This document shows positions 23,470 to 48,859 of a stretch of 64,000 nt of DNA, piece after piece. The stretch's first letter is position 1, and each line of letters starts with the position of its first letter. This DNA comes from Octopus bimaculoides (Eukaryota). The notes under the pieces are model-generated. The model was not told the DNA's origin, made no database searches, and saw only the letters and a list, made by a program, of their open reading frames with translations. Made by a program: the position numbers and the translations under genes. Location: NCBI RefSeq assembly GCF_001194135.2, contig NC_068981.1, positions 57,629,623 through 57,693,622 on the forward strand, written 5' to 3'.

Positions 23470-25273
23470 GTAACCATAGTTTCCTCTATCGGCCCACTGG
23501 TTGACGGAAACAGCATCCCTCACAGTAATGCCAAAGACATGGCTGAGATCCTGCAAAGTCAATACTGCTCTGTTTTCAGTGACCCTGATTCAGTAGACTC
23601 ATGCAGCTTTGCTTCTTTGAATCCTCAACATGTCCTTCCGACATAACCTTCAATGCCACCAATATCCTAGCAGCAATAAAAGAAATCGAACCTCATTCAG
23701 CAGTGGGTCCAGACAGGATCCCTGCTAGAGTGCTGAAGGAATACAGACAGCAACTTGCAGCTCCTCTTGCAAATCTCTGGAAGAAATTACTAGATACCAG
23801 TTTTATCTCTCAAAACCTTCTCTCCCAGTCAGCCGTTCCTATCTTTAAAAAGGGGAATAAATCACTCTCTGTAAACTACCGTCCAATGTCACTTACCTCA
23901 CATATCAAAGTATTTGAGAGTGTTGAGATCAAGAATAACAGTCTTCCTAGAACAAAATCATTTCCTAAATTGCAACCAGCATGGCTTTCGTGTTGGGAGG
24001 GATTGTCTAACACATCTCCTCCACCATTTTGATGACATCTTAAATACACTGAGGGCTCTAGCGCAGATGTCATATACTTTGAATTTTCGCAAGGCCTTTG
24101 ACAGAGTCGACCACAATATACTGTTAAAGAAACTATCCAACACTGGAGTCGGTGGAAAGCTACTTCAATGGATTAGGTATTTCCTAACAAACAGGACCCA
24201 GCATGTTGTGGTTGATGGCATCCACTCAAGACCAGCAAAAGTCATCAGCAGAGTCTCGCAGGGTACTGTGCTGAGTCCACTTCTTTTTATTGTCTATATC
24301 AATGACATTGCAGATTCCATTGAACATAACACCATTAAAATATTTGCAGATGACTCTAAGCTCCAGAAAGTCATTAAAGGAGCGATGCTTCAATTGGACC
24401 TATGTGCAGTAATCCAGTGGGCACAAAAAAACAATATGCATTTGAACGAAGAAAAATGTGAGCTCATCCACTTTGGAAAAGAGGGCACACTCAAACAACC
24501 ATATACACTACCATCAGGAGACCTACTTGAACCATCGGATAATATCAGAGACTTAGGTGTAACTATCAACAGCAACCTTAGCTGGAGTGTGCACATCAAC
24601 AAAAAAGTTGATGTTGCCCACAGAATGTGCTCAAGGATCCTCAGAACTTTTCTATCTAGGGATCATGAAATCATCATCCTTCTCTCCACATTCACTAGGT
24701 CCCACCTCGAATACTGCTGCCCATTGTGGTCCCCCTACAAAAAACAAGACATAATGAGGATCAAAGCACCACAAAGATCAATCACTAAAAAAATAAATGG
24801 CATGATGGGACTTGATTATTGGGCTTGACTTAAACAGCTGAAACTATTCTCTGCAATGCCACTGTGAGCGATATATTACTTGCACCATGTGGAAAATATT
24901 CCACCAATATTATCCAAATGATATCGATATTATGTTTACAATTCACCCAAAACTAGGCCTCCATGCAATGCATCCCCTACACATAAGAACATTGTGACAC
25001 AATTTCTTCAGTGCAAATGGTCTTGCTCTTTTCAATGTTATCCCGAAAGAAATTAAAGTACCTAAAGACCCCACAACTTTCAAATGGTACTTGGACAAAT
25101 TCCTTCAGGAAATACTGGATAAACCACATACACCTGGATACATCTCAACCAACAACAACTCTCTACTTGAGTGGTTCATGGTGTCCCAAAATAATTAGCT
25201 AAAAGACTTTTCCAGGTGGTGCTATTGAGTTAGTCATGGCCTGGGCCTATAATGACCAAAACCAAAACCAAAC
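23470..25273 (+). mobile_element. 5'-truncated CR1/L2-group LINE (RT domain, frameshifted), antisense within ANKRD60 intron 1
   Basis: AVGPDRIPARVLK, NYRPMSLTS, KAFDRVDH, SQGTVLSPLLF, FADDSK motifs across ORFs 23601-24032 and 23914-24828; short (AAACC)n-like tail at about 25255-25273. Confidence 0.92.
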
Positions 25274-25373
25274 TAAGTTATCTAAGTTAAGTCATCTGAT
25301 GGTATTTTTAAGAACAATTGAAATTCACTGAATATCATAAATGTCAATGAGATGATGGTCAAGCTGCTTAAAA

Positions 25374-26291
25374 NNNNNNNNNNNNNNNNNNNNNNNNNNN
25401 NNNNNNNNNNNNNNNNNNNNNNNNNNNNNNNNNNNNNNNNNNNNNNNNNNNNNNNNNNNNNNNNNNNNNNNNNNNNNNNNNNNNNNNNNNNNNNNNNNNN
25501 NNNNNNNNNNNNNNNNNNNNNNNNNNNNNNNNNNNNNNNNNNNNNNNNNNNNNNNNNNNNNNNNNNNNNNNNNNNNNNNNNNNNNNNNNNNNNNNNNNNN
25601 NNNNNNNNNNNNNNNNNNNNNNNNNNNNNNNNNNNNNNNNNNNNNNNNNNNNNNNNNNNNNNNNNNNNNNNNNNNNNNNNNNNNNNNNNNNNNNNNNNNN
25701 NNNNNNNNNNNNNNNNNNNNNNNNNNNNNNNNNNNNNNNNNNNNNNNNNNNNNNNNNNNNNNNNNNNNNNNNNNNNNNNNNNNNNNNNNNNNNNNNNNNN
25801 NNNNNNNNNNNNNNNNNNNNNNNNNNNNNNNNNNNNNNNNNNNNNNNNNNNNNNNNNNNNNNNNNNNNNNNNNNNNNNNNNNNNNNNNNNNNNNNNNNNN
25901 NNNNNNNNNNNNNNNNNNNNNNNNNNNNNNNNNNNNNNNNNNNNNNNNNNNNNNNNNNNNNNNNNNNNNNNNNNNNNNNNNNNNNNNNNNNNNNNNNNNN
26001 NNNNNNNNNNNNNNNNNNNNNNNNNNNNNNNNNNNNNNNNNNNNNNNNNNNNNNNNNNNNNNNNNNNNNNNNNNNNNNNNNNNNNNNNNNNNNNNNNNNN
26101 NNNNNNNNNNNNNNNNNNNNNNNNNNNNNNNNNNNNNNNNNNNNNNNNNNNNNNNNNNNNNNNNNNNNNNNNNNNNNNNNNNNNNNNNNNNNNNNNNNNN
26201 NNNNNNNNNNNNNNNNNNNNNNNNNNNNNNNNNNNNNNNNNNNNNNNNNNNNNNNNNNNNNNNNNNNNNNNNNNNNNNNNNNNNNNNNNNN
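25374..26291. other. Assembly gap (other gaps: 16449-16844, 28335-28457, 42289-42468, 50182-50869, 51611-52184)
   Basis: N runs; ORFs spanning them are artefacts. Confidence 1.
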
Positions 26292-26829
26292 NTTTTTTCT
26301 TTGTAGGGAATTTCATTAAAAAATATCCATTTTCTTGAAAGTTAAGACGAATTGGACTCCGGTGAATTTTTCGAAATTCCCCACCTCAACCCCCTCCTAA
26401 AACACTTTCCCCACAAAATTTTGTATATTCGGAATCTACTTGATATAAAACATATTCGTAGAAAATTTCATTAAAAAATATCCACTTTTCTGAAAGTTAT
26501 AATCATCCAAAGTCGGGGGTGCAGAAATCTGGAGTTATGCCAAATGAAATGTTAGCACCAAGAAGTGTTTAGGCATAAACAAAATTTAGGTAAGTTAAAA
26601 TATGATTGTGACAGAAGGATACTAGAAGTTTTTAAATGTCAATACTTCCCAATTTTGCTTCTCGAAACCAGGTGTCACACGCATTTAATACATTAAAGAT
26701 TTTATCCCTATAAATTATGATTAAACACTTTATTTATTCGAAGAGAAGGTTGAATCAACTCTAAAACGACATACACTTATACTAGAGTGAAGTTTCAATT
26801 AACTCACGCACTGAATTTAATCATTTTAC

Positions 26830-27025
26830 CTGCATCCAAGTAGCTTAGTTTTTGTAGACTGTATGGTATTCCAGTAACTAATTCCAAATGATCTTTGAGT
26901 TCTGAAATTTTCATTTTCAACGAAACATAGACATTATAAACATCGACTTTCAATAGTCTGATCTTTATCGAAACTGGATGAGTATTTTTCCATGTAAGTT
27001 TATATTTATCTCTTGGCTTGGACAT
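26830..27025 (-). CDS. ANKRD60: ANKRD60-like exon 1 (ubiquitin-like domain N-half)
   Basis: MKISELKDHLELVTGIPYSLQKLSYLDA matches the recalled ANKRD60 segment ([23 protein letters not shown]); donor AG|GTAAAA, 196 nt, phase 1. Confidence 0.85.
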
Positions 27026-27293
27026 CTTTGAGAAAAGCCACTATATTGGAAGCGACAGAAATGGGAACTGTAATTACCATAGTAACTTCAATGCGGAATT
27101 AATATTTTTTTCCCCACAACTTCACTCCAATTATAAATTTTAAATTCAACCAAAGAAAAATAATTTAAAATTTAATTCCATGTTAAGATATATTTTTAAA
27201 CACAAATTGAATGATGTTATTTCTATTAGAAATATATTTTCAAATCTATAATTTTCTGCTTAATAGTTGCATTTTCTTGACTCGGTGTTGAAG
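27026..27293. promoter_or_regulatory. Bidirectional promoter region shared by ANKRD60-like and NDUFV2
   Basis: Only 268 bp separate two divergent ATGs (27025 on minus, 27294 on plus). Confidence 0.7.
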
Positions 27294-41542
<14,249 letters not shown>

Positions 41543-41605
41543 AAACAAAAAAATAGAGACCATGTATTACTTAGCTTTCTTTCAACACTGAAATGTATGA
41601 TGTAA

Positions 41606-41611
41606 AATAAA
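41606..41611 (+). terminator. Candidate polyadenylation signal of NDUFV2
   Basis: AATAAA 64 nt after the stop codon. Confidence 0.45.
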
Positions 41612-41987
41612 TTTATTACTGAATATCCTAAGTTCTTTGTATACTCATTGATTAGATTATGCCATTTCTTAAATTTAAGAAAAAGCTAGTCTTCTTAAAG
41701 GAAAACCAGATTAATGTATTTGAAATTGTCCTTCAAAGGACAATTTCATCAAACCACAAATAAAAATGTCTACTAAAATCAATTTGTTTCTTTCTAACAA
41801 TTGGAGAATAGGTTGCATGTTTTTCTTACAAAGAGTTCTCCTATCATTAGATTTTTATTAAAATCAAACCAAAAGTACAAGTTTTCAATCTTTATAACAA
41901 CAGTTTAAAGAATTTCTCAAACTATTGCAAAATGAATTTAACATCAAAATAAATGAAGATTCTTGAATTTTATATATATATATATAT

Positions 41988-42018
<31 letters not shown>

Positions 42019-42189
42019 CATACATACATATATATTTCAGTTGTATAATCTAAACTAGAAAGAGTCACAACATGAATAACAAACAAAATAAAGTGATTAA
42101 GAAAAATATAACATCTTTTATGACTTCATGATGAAAATCCCATTAATTTCATTTGAAAAGAGGATGAAGTTTTACAGTCAAGTTTTACA

Positions 42190-42685
42190 TAGGCATAGGA
42201 GTGGCTGTCTGGTAAGTAGCTTGCTTACCAACCACATGGTTGCGGGTTCAGTCCCACTGCATAGCATCTTGGGCAAGTGTCTTCTATTNNNNNNNNNNNN
42301 NNNNNNNNNNNNNNNNNNNNNNNNNNNNNNNNNNNNNNNNNNNNNNNNNNNNNNNNNNNNNNNNNNNNNNNNNNNNNNNNNNNNNNNNNNNNNNNNNNNN
42401 NNNNNNNNNNNNNNNNNNNNNNNNNNNNNNNNNNNNNNNNNNNNNNNNNNNNNNNNNNNNNNNNNNNNTATATATATACGCGTGTGTGTTTGTCCTCTCA
42501 ACATCGCTTGACAACCGATGCTGGTATGTTTACGTCCCCATAACTTAGCGGTTCGGCAAAAGAGACCAATAAAATAAATACTAGGTTTCCAAAGAATAAG
42601 TCCTGGGGTCGATTTGCTCAACTAAAGGCAGTGCTCCAGCATGGCCACAGTCAAAAGACTGAAACAAGTAAAAGAGTAAAGAGAG
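42190..42685 (+). mobile_element. tRNA-headed SINE with internal (TA)n (gap-spanning)
   Basis: Head GGAGTGGCTGTCTGGTAAG...GGTTGCGGGTTCAGTCCC; 3' part CTCCAGCATGGCCACAGTCAAAAGACTGAAACAAG also occurs inverted at about 16150-16450. Confidence 0.8.
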
Positions 42686-43528
42686 TCAATTAAACTAATT
42701 CCAGTATACTGTTAGTACAATTTTACTGACCTTGAAGCAATGAAAAATCAATTGCATTGAGATTTGAACTCAAAAATATTGCAATTATCAATGCACTATT
42801 CAAGGAACCTATACTGAAAGCAAATCTCAAATCCAAATAAGCCCTTACTTCCCAATTTGCAAGACTTCTTTCATCACCTGGCATGGCATATTACAAAATG
42901 ATACAACTCTATGCTATGGAATACGTTCGCATTCACAATGAAGATTGGATAATCATGCTGACTAATGAAATTTCTATAAAAAAAAAAAGGTTTCATCCTC
43001 AGAGATGAGATTAATATATGAGAAATTAGAATCATAATAATTCATCTTAGACATTTTAAACAAAGTTTTATGCTGCTATTTATGGCTCTGAGAGGCTTGT
43101 GCTACTGAATATTTACAACTGAATGCCTTTTTTTTAATTACAAATTAAATGTCAACTGAGACTGGTACCGATCCAATTGATAACTACAGACGCTGGAGTC
43201 TTTCAGAGAAGCTGTCTTTAGACAAGACATCTAAAATCCTCAAACAGCTTCAAAAATTATACAATAAAATATAAGATGATGATGACACCCAACTCAAATG
43301 TTTTATATTCACTACTTTGTTATGAAAATTGTTCCCCCTGCCCTATATTAATAATATACACTCATTTTTGTAAAGTAAAATGCCTGCAAAGTTGAGCCAT
43401 TAGATGGTACACAGAAAAATCTTTTTTAAAAAATGCTGAATAAATGTTTATAAGTACGAATGGATCACCAAATATATATTTATGAATATAATAGGTTAAA
43501 TATATAAAACCCTCAAAACAAGGGGAAA

Positions 43529-46315
43529 TCATTTGTACGATCTGGAGTTATTGTCTCTATATTGATCATACTGATCAGTCCACCCACTTTTGTTTCTATT
43601 TTGGTTATAACCATAGTTTCCACCACCTCGCGGATTAAATCTTCTGTTATATCCTCCGCCTCCACCACCTCTGTTCTGTTGCCTATAACCTCCTCCCCCT
43701 CCATAACGATTTCCAGAGTAACCACTGCTGTTGTAACTGTCATTGTTCCAATTCATCAACATTGGAGGAGGATTATTATAATTTCTTCCTTGATATAACT
43801 CCAAAGGTGGGGGAATCCTAGCACCATCTCCAGAGTAGCCTTGTTGTGTAGGTTGTTGATTCGGCTGATTGGTACTGTGGCGTATCATTCGTACCATTGC
43901 ATTAACATCTGTTTCACGGTACCCAGAGTTTCTCTGAAATCCTAATTGAGGTCTATATGGCTGATTACGATTTTTCCTATCATAGTCAGATGGTTTGATT
44001 GAGGGTGGTGGGAAAACAGCATTACGCAAAACTTTAGCAGAAAACAAAAAGTCATCACCATATTGTGGGTCAGTAAAATATACACACAATGCTTGGTTTT
44101 TAAAATCCTTCAATTTTGAAAGAGGTGAGAAGAAAGTGTGGCCTGGTAAAACAGCAGTGTTATCACACCAAACAATACCTGCCATACCATCAGCTAACTT
44201 TGGATTAATCTGTGACTTCACACTATATAGATTTTGCTCGTATAAAGAATCAAAGAAACTGTGAATTGGATTTTTACAACCAACAAACAATCGGTCACTA
44301 CCTCTGGTATTCCTAAGTTTTTCTTCACTTGTAAGATCATCATAAACAGTGCTAAGAGCTTTCTTTAGCCTAATTTCATCAACAAAAGGAAGAAGAGCTA
44401 CTCCTTGCCAAGCATATTTCTTGCCATTAAGATCAACTTTAAAATCAGTAGGATAAAAGTCAATAACTGGAGAATCCTCATCAACCATCAATCGCTGCCA
44501 AGTAACAGGTAAGAATTGACGACTAGCTGCTGGAAAAACTCCCATTAGCTGCTCTAAAGGTTTAAATGGTTCAGTGTTTTTTTCAAATTCATTTGATAGA
44601 TCACCTACATTTAAAAAATCTGAGGCAAATGGTGCATAATGATATGGAAAATACCACTTCCAACTGGAACATCCTTGATAGTAGTACCTCAAAACCCAAC
44701 AGAGTCCACGTACATAATGATTAGCAACTTGATGCCGAAAAGCAACATCATCCTTATCAACATCAAATTTTGACTTATAATACCTGTCCTTCCAACCATT
44801 TTCCCAGAGTTTTACATCATCTGCTGGCTCATCTTCTTCTTCATCGTCTTCATGCTTACGTTTGTTAGATTGGCTTCGTTCAGATTCATTTCTGGAAGAA
44901 TTATCAGAGTGATTCTGTTTTGAACCATATGTCATTTTACGCATATCTGCTGCTGTTTGACGAGGATTTTGAACTGGGTCCCTATTACTTCCAACTGCTG
45001 ATGGGGCATATTGTCCTCCAAGCATCCATTTTGGTTTATCTCCAAATTTAGCTCTCTTATTTTGCTTTTCTCGGCGCCGATATTCAATATCTCTTTGACG
45101 ACGATTTTTGAAAATTTCATCCTCCACTTTTCCCAACTCTGACAGTACAAATTGTACTCTATCCAACTTTACCACACCATCCTCAGTCAGATATCCTCCA
45201 GTTCTGTAAACACACCTTTTATAAATGCCAACAAGACGATCAATAGCTCCCTCTCTGATTTCCAATGATGGCAGATGAGGTAAGAAATCATTACCAACAA
45301 AAAAGCACATGAAGACCCAGTCATCGACAGCTCGTTCAAAATCGTATTTAAAGGGGAGCCCATCCATATGGAGTTGTAGTTGTAAGTGTTCTCTTAATAC
45401 ACACAATCGGATAAAAATGAACTCTTGTTCTGAACCCAATGCTTTTTCAAGTGGTTTGTCACATTCTTCTTTTGGTAATCCAACACATTCTGTCATTTCA
45501 TGACCTAACTGCCCGCATAGCTCACATGGTCTGGGTTGATTATATTTGAATTCTTCTCTTATTATAGTAAAATGTGGTTCATGTGTTGCCAGTCCCAACA
45601 TTATCAAATCAGCGTCGGCTCCACAGAGACAGTGATGCGTATTTGGATCATGGTCAGGTTGGGCTCTCTGTCGTCGAATATAATCCATAATTTTATGTTC
45701 TCCTTCTCCTGGAACATTTGCATCAGAAAGAATTACTTTGATGTTTTCCCATCCAGGTGCATTATTTAAGCGATCGTAGACGTAATAGCGAAGACATTCA
45801 GCAAGACGAAACATAAATGGAGTACCTGGAGTAATACAATTACTATCGAATCTTTCACCTTTTTCTTTCGGTGGTGGTAAATGGTAGCCTTTAGACAAAA
45901 GTTCATCTCGTAGTTTAGATTTTTCGAATTCGCTTTCAACTGCTTCTTTGGAAGAACGAAATCTCCGTGAACGCTGCTGGTTCATTTTTGCACGTGGAGC
46001 CACACCGTCGATGGCCATATACAAAAGCTTACGGGGTCGGCAAATGTTAAAAATTCTATCGATATATTCAAAAATATCAATCATCATTTCGTCTTCATTT
46101 GCGGGAGCAGGTTTGTTTTCAGGGTGACAACATGGATGAATAATGCCATTCATGTCTAAATATAGGTTATCAAATTCAACATCGTTCGGGTTCGGCTTAC
46201 TAGCGTCTACTGGTACTGTTGTGTCCTCAATTTCTTTTGGCTTCTCTTCCACACAATGTACAACAATTGATGTATACTTACGGCTTAGCCATCTGAAAAA
46301 TGCTGGAACTCCCAT
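43529..46315 (-). CDS. XRN2: 5'-3' exoribonuclease 2 (Rat1 ortholog), single-exon CDS, 928 aa
   Basis: MGVPAFFRWLSRKY start; catalytic motifs LYLDMNGIIH, DGVAPRAKMNQQRSRRFR, PGEGEHKI, GADADLIML, GNDFLPH; CCHC knuckle CELCGQLGHEMTEC; G/R/Y-rich C-terminus. No stop or intron across 2787 nt. Confidence 0.98.
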   Translation of the reverse strand: MGVPAFFRWLSRKYTSIVVHCVEEKPKEIEDTTVPVDASKPNPNDVEFDNLYLDMNGIIHPCCHPENKPAPANEDEMMIDIFEYIDRIFNICRPRKLLYMAIDGVAPRAKMNQQRSRRFRSSKEAVESEFEKSKLRDELLSKGYHLPPPKEKGERFDSNCITPGTPFMFRLAECLRYYVYDRLNNAPGWENIKVILSDANVPGEGEHKIMDYIRRQRAQPDHDPNTHHCLCGADADLIMLGLATHEPHFTIIREEFKYNQPRPCELCGQLGHEMTECVGLPKEECDKPLEKALGSEQEFIFIRLCVLREHLQLQLHMDGLPFKYDFERAVDDWVFMCFFVGNDFLPHLPSLEIREGAIDRLVGIYKRCVYRTGGYLTEDGVVKLDRVQFVLSELGKVEDEIFKNRRQRDIEYRRREKQNKRAKFGDKPKWMLGGQYAPSAVGSNRDPVQNPRQTAADMRKMTYGSKQNHSDNSSRNESERSQSNKRKHEDDEEEDEPADDVKLWENGWKDRYYKSKFDVDKDDVAFRHQVANHYVRGLCWVLRYYYQGCSSWKWYFPYHYAPFASDFLNVGDLSNEFEKNTEPFKPLEQLMGVFPAASRQFLPVTWQRLMVDEDSPVIDFYPTDFKVDLNGKKYAWQGVALLPFVDEIRLKKALSTVYDDLTSEEKLRNTRGSDRLFVGCKNPIHSFFDSLYEQNLYSVKSQINPKLADGMAGIVWCDNTAVLPGHTFFSPLSKLKDFKNQALCVYFTDPQYGDDFLFSAKVLRNAVFPPPSIKPSDYDRKNRNQPYRPQLGFQRNSGYRETDVNAMVRMIRHSTNQPNQQPTQQGYSGDGARIPPPLELYQGRNYNNPPPMLMNWNNDSYNSSGYSGNRYGGGGGYRQQNRGGGGGGYNRRFNPRGGGNYGYNQNRNKSGWTDQYDQYRDNNSRSYK

Positions 46316-46533
46316 GTTTGATTCACAAATATCTTAACAAACAGCGAGACACTCAATCGCAACGCTCAAGTTACGATAAACAATGGCTGTTTATACATTT
46401 CCGGTATCCATGGGCGAAAAGCTAACTTCCGTTTAATTTTGCAGTTAAGATTCTTGAAACATTAATATCTATATTTTTGTTTGTATGCAATACACGTTAA
46501 TTCTTATTTTAAAATATATTGGAATAAAAAAAA

Positions 46534-47155
46534 GTCACTGTCATGGTATTAGCTGTCAGAAATGAAAGTAGAAAAATCCAAACAAGGAATGTTACTGCTG
46601 GTTTGAGTTGAAATCTGTTTCTTTGGCTACTGACTGGCCGGAGCTATCTGTCTGTCTGTCTCTCCCTCGTAGAATTTAAACAAATGAAATTCAGTTTAAA
46701 CTTTATAAATAAATATATTTTTGCATTATTCATTATTGTTTTTAAAAACAAATCACATACACCAATCAGCACCACCAATGACCACCACCACGCGTAATCC
46801 AAAGTTGGAATTAATCACAGCGATATTGCCATCGCCACCGCTACAACAGAAAATAGTATTAATTGGCTTAAGAGACATGGACTTTTAAATACCCCCAAAA
46901 TATGCCCCTCGTGTGGAGCTAGCATGATGGAAGTAGCCAAAAAGTTTTTTTTTCTAATTTGATAAATTCTACGGAAACAAACGAAGGTGGACGAGTGATA
47001 GAGAGATAGACAGACAGACAGATAGATAGAAAGATAGATAGATAGCTCCGGCCAGTCAGTAGCCAAAGAAACAGATTTCAACTCAAACCAGCAGTAACAT
47101 TCTTTGTTTAGATTTTTCTACTTTCGCTTCTGACAGCTAATACCATGACAGTGCC
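46534..47155 (+). mobile_element. Non-autonomous Merlin (IS1016/ISXO2-like) DNA transposon derivative
   Basis: About 120-bp TIRs G(T/G)CACTGTCATGGTATTAGCTGTCAGA...; 8-bp A8 target duplication (46526-33 / 47156-63); internal peptide SINWLKRHGLLNTPKICPSCGASMMEV resembles a Merlin transposase N-terminus. Confidence 0.75.
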
Positions 47156-47825
47156 AAAAAAAATTATATATGTATATATACTGAATTTTTTCATTTATCT
47201 ATTTACAAAAAACCTTATCTGTATTAATGGAACGAGTATCAACTTTTAAGGGAACATTAAATGAAACTGTGGGCGAGAAGAGTTGTATTGCACAATCAAC
47301 TTATGTTGTTATTATTTCAACAACCAAGTCTATGTTGCGCTAACAATATTAGCTAGGTATAATTTTGTATAGAATTTTCTTTCAGATTTTTGATTTTACG
47401 AAGGTGTGCAATAATTTTTATGATATCGTAGAATAAATAATAGTATATTGTTTGCTAACCTATATCATTTGAAATAATTTCTAATCAATTAGAATCGTAT
47501 TTGATGAAAGAGGTTTCCACGAATTTATAGGGAAGTGAAACTGGCTTAATGTGATACCTGTTTTTGGAAGTAAAGTGAAATATTTTCAACTGTAACCAAG
47601 GCCTCTAACTTTGTTGGTTGACCTAGAAATAGCGTCCACCTCTCCCTTAAATTACACTCCATTTTAAAAGAAGGCAAGAACACAAATAATGCACTCCTAG
47701 ATACTCTCCCCTCTGAAAATAAAGGGATAGTCATGGAAAGCATTTGATCATATATCTTGTTAAATCAGGTTAACACAGCAGGTAAATCAAACCTTGCCCT
47801 CTTCTATATAGACAAGACAGACGGA

Positions 47826-47929
47826 GGTAAAGAATACGTACACCACCCACTTTCGGCGTAACAAAAACCTTAATCATAACCCTGACTCTAAACCCTAACC
47901 CTAAACACCGGGTGTATGTATTCTTTACT
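47826..47929. mobile_element. About 104-bp hairpin MITE with CCCTAA core
   Basis: GGTAAAGAATACGTACACC ... GGTGTATGTATTCTTTACT inverted arms; no clear TSD. Confidence 0.6.
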
Positions 47930-48143
47930 TTCGCAGACAAGACCAATAGATAATGTGGGGGGGGGGGCGGTAATAGTTGAAAAGCCTTTAATCATAAGCC
48001 TCTTCGATAATGTTGACCTGGTGGTTAAAAAATACATAATCAAGAACTACAATGCTCAGTTTTCTTTGCTAGCAGTGGTTTACTATAAAATTTCTCTTAC
48101 ATCTTAATCACCATCTCCCCAGTAAGGTAACATTAGTTTATTT

Positions 48144-48232
48144 GGTAAATTTTCAGATTAACACCCGCACGCTAAAACCCTGACCCTAACACCCAAGTGA
48201 AAATCGTGCGGGTGTTAATCTGAAAATTTACC
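48144..48232. mobile_element. 89-bp Merlin-type mini-MITE
   Basis: Perfect 28-bp TIR GGTAAATTTTCAGATTAACACCCGCACG; perfect 8-bp TSD GTTTATTT; CCCTGA/CCCTAA core. Confidence 0.9.
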
Positions 48233-48859
48233 GTTTATTTTTAATAAACAAATCAAACCACTGAGGCAAAGTACTTGGAGATGCCATCCACATGGAAAAA
48301 AATAGTTAAATTTTTGTTAGCATATTTTAAGTAAGAAGCATCTACAAATTTCACTTTTTGAATTTAAGAAGACACCTAGATTGTGTGAATTTTTTAGGAT
48401 CATTGTCCTCTCAGCCAAGCAATGTTTGTACTGTCTGGTTCTGTTGAGATACCACTCTGGTTGTTCCAGCAGCTTCCAGTTAATTTTATATGGCATTTCC
48501 TCATCTTTTAAATGCCATATATAACTGGCTAATGTTGTAACATTATGCCTCAGAGGACTTGTGGTTATTTAGTCTGGTCTAACATATTGCTGCTCCAACA
48601 TATTTTCATGTATGTGTCCTTACATTGTTGCTGTTACTGTTGAACACCACCTCTACTTTGTAGATGCATTTCTTGAACCTTGTCAATATGTACACTTTTG
48701 TCTTTTGCTTGAAGAAAATCTGCACCTTAATATATAAGAATAGTGAATAATATAGTCACTGATATTGCAGAATGCTTTCTGAGTTGTAAAAAAACTTGAT
48801 GATCACAAGTGAAACAACTGTTTTCAATTTTAGGATGGAGGTATATAGAGTTAATTTAA

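Noticed and set aside
23914-24828. 304-aa ORF as a host or domesticated gene
   Set aside because: Part of a frameshifted CR1/L2-like LINE with degraded motifs and flanking stops.
43513-44264. Alternative-frame and antisense ORFs overlapping XRN2
   Set aside because: By-products of the G/N-rich low-complexity XRN2 C-terminus; no independent signals.
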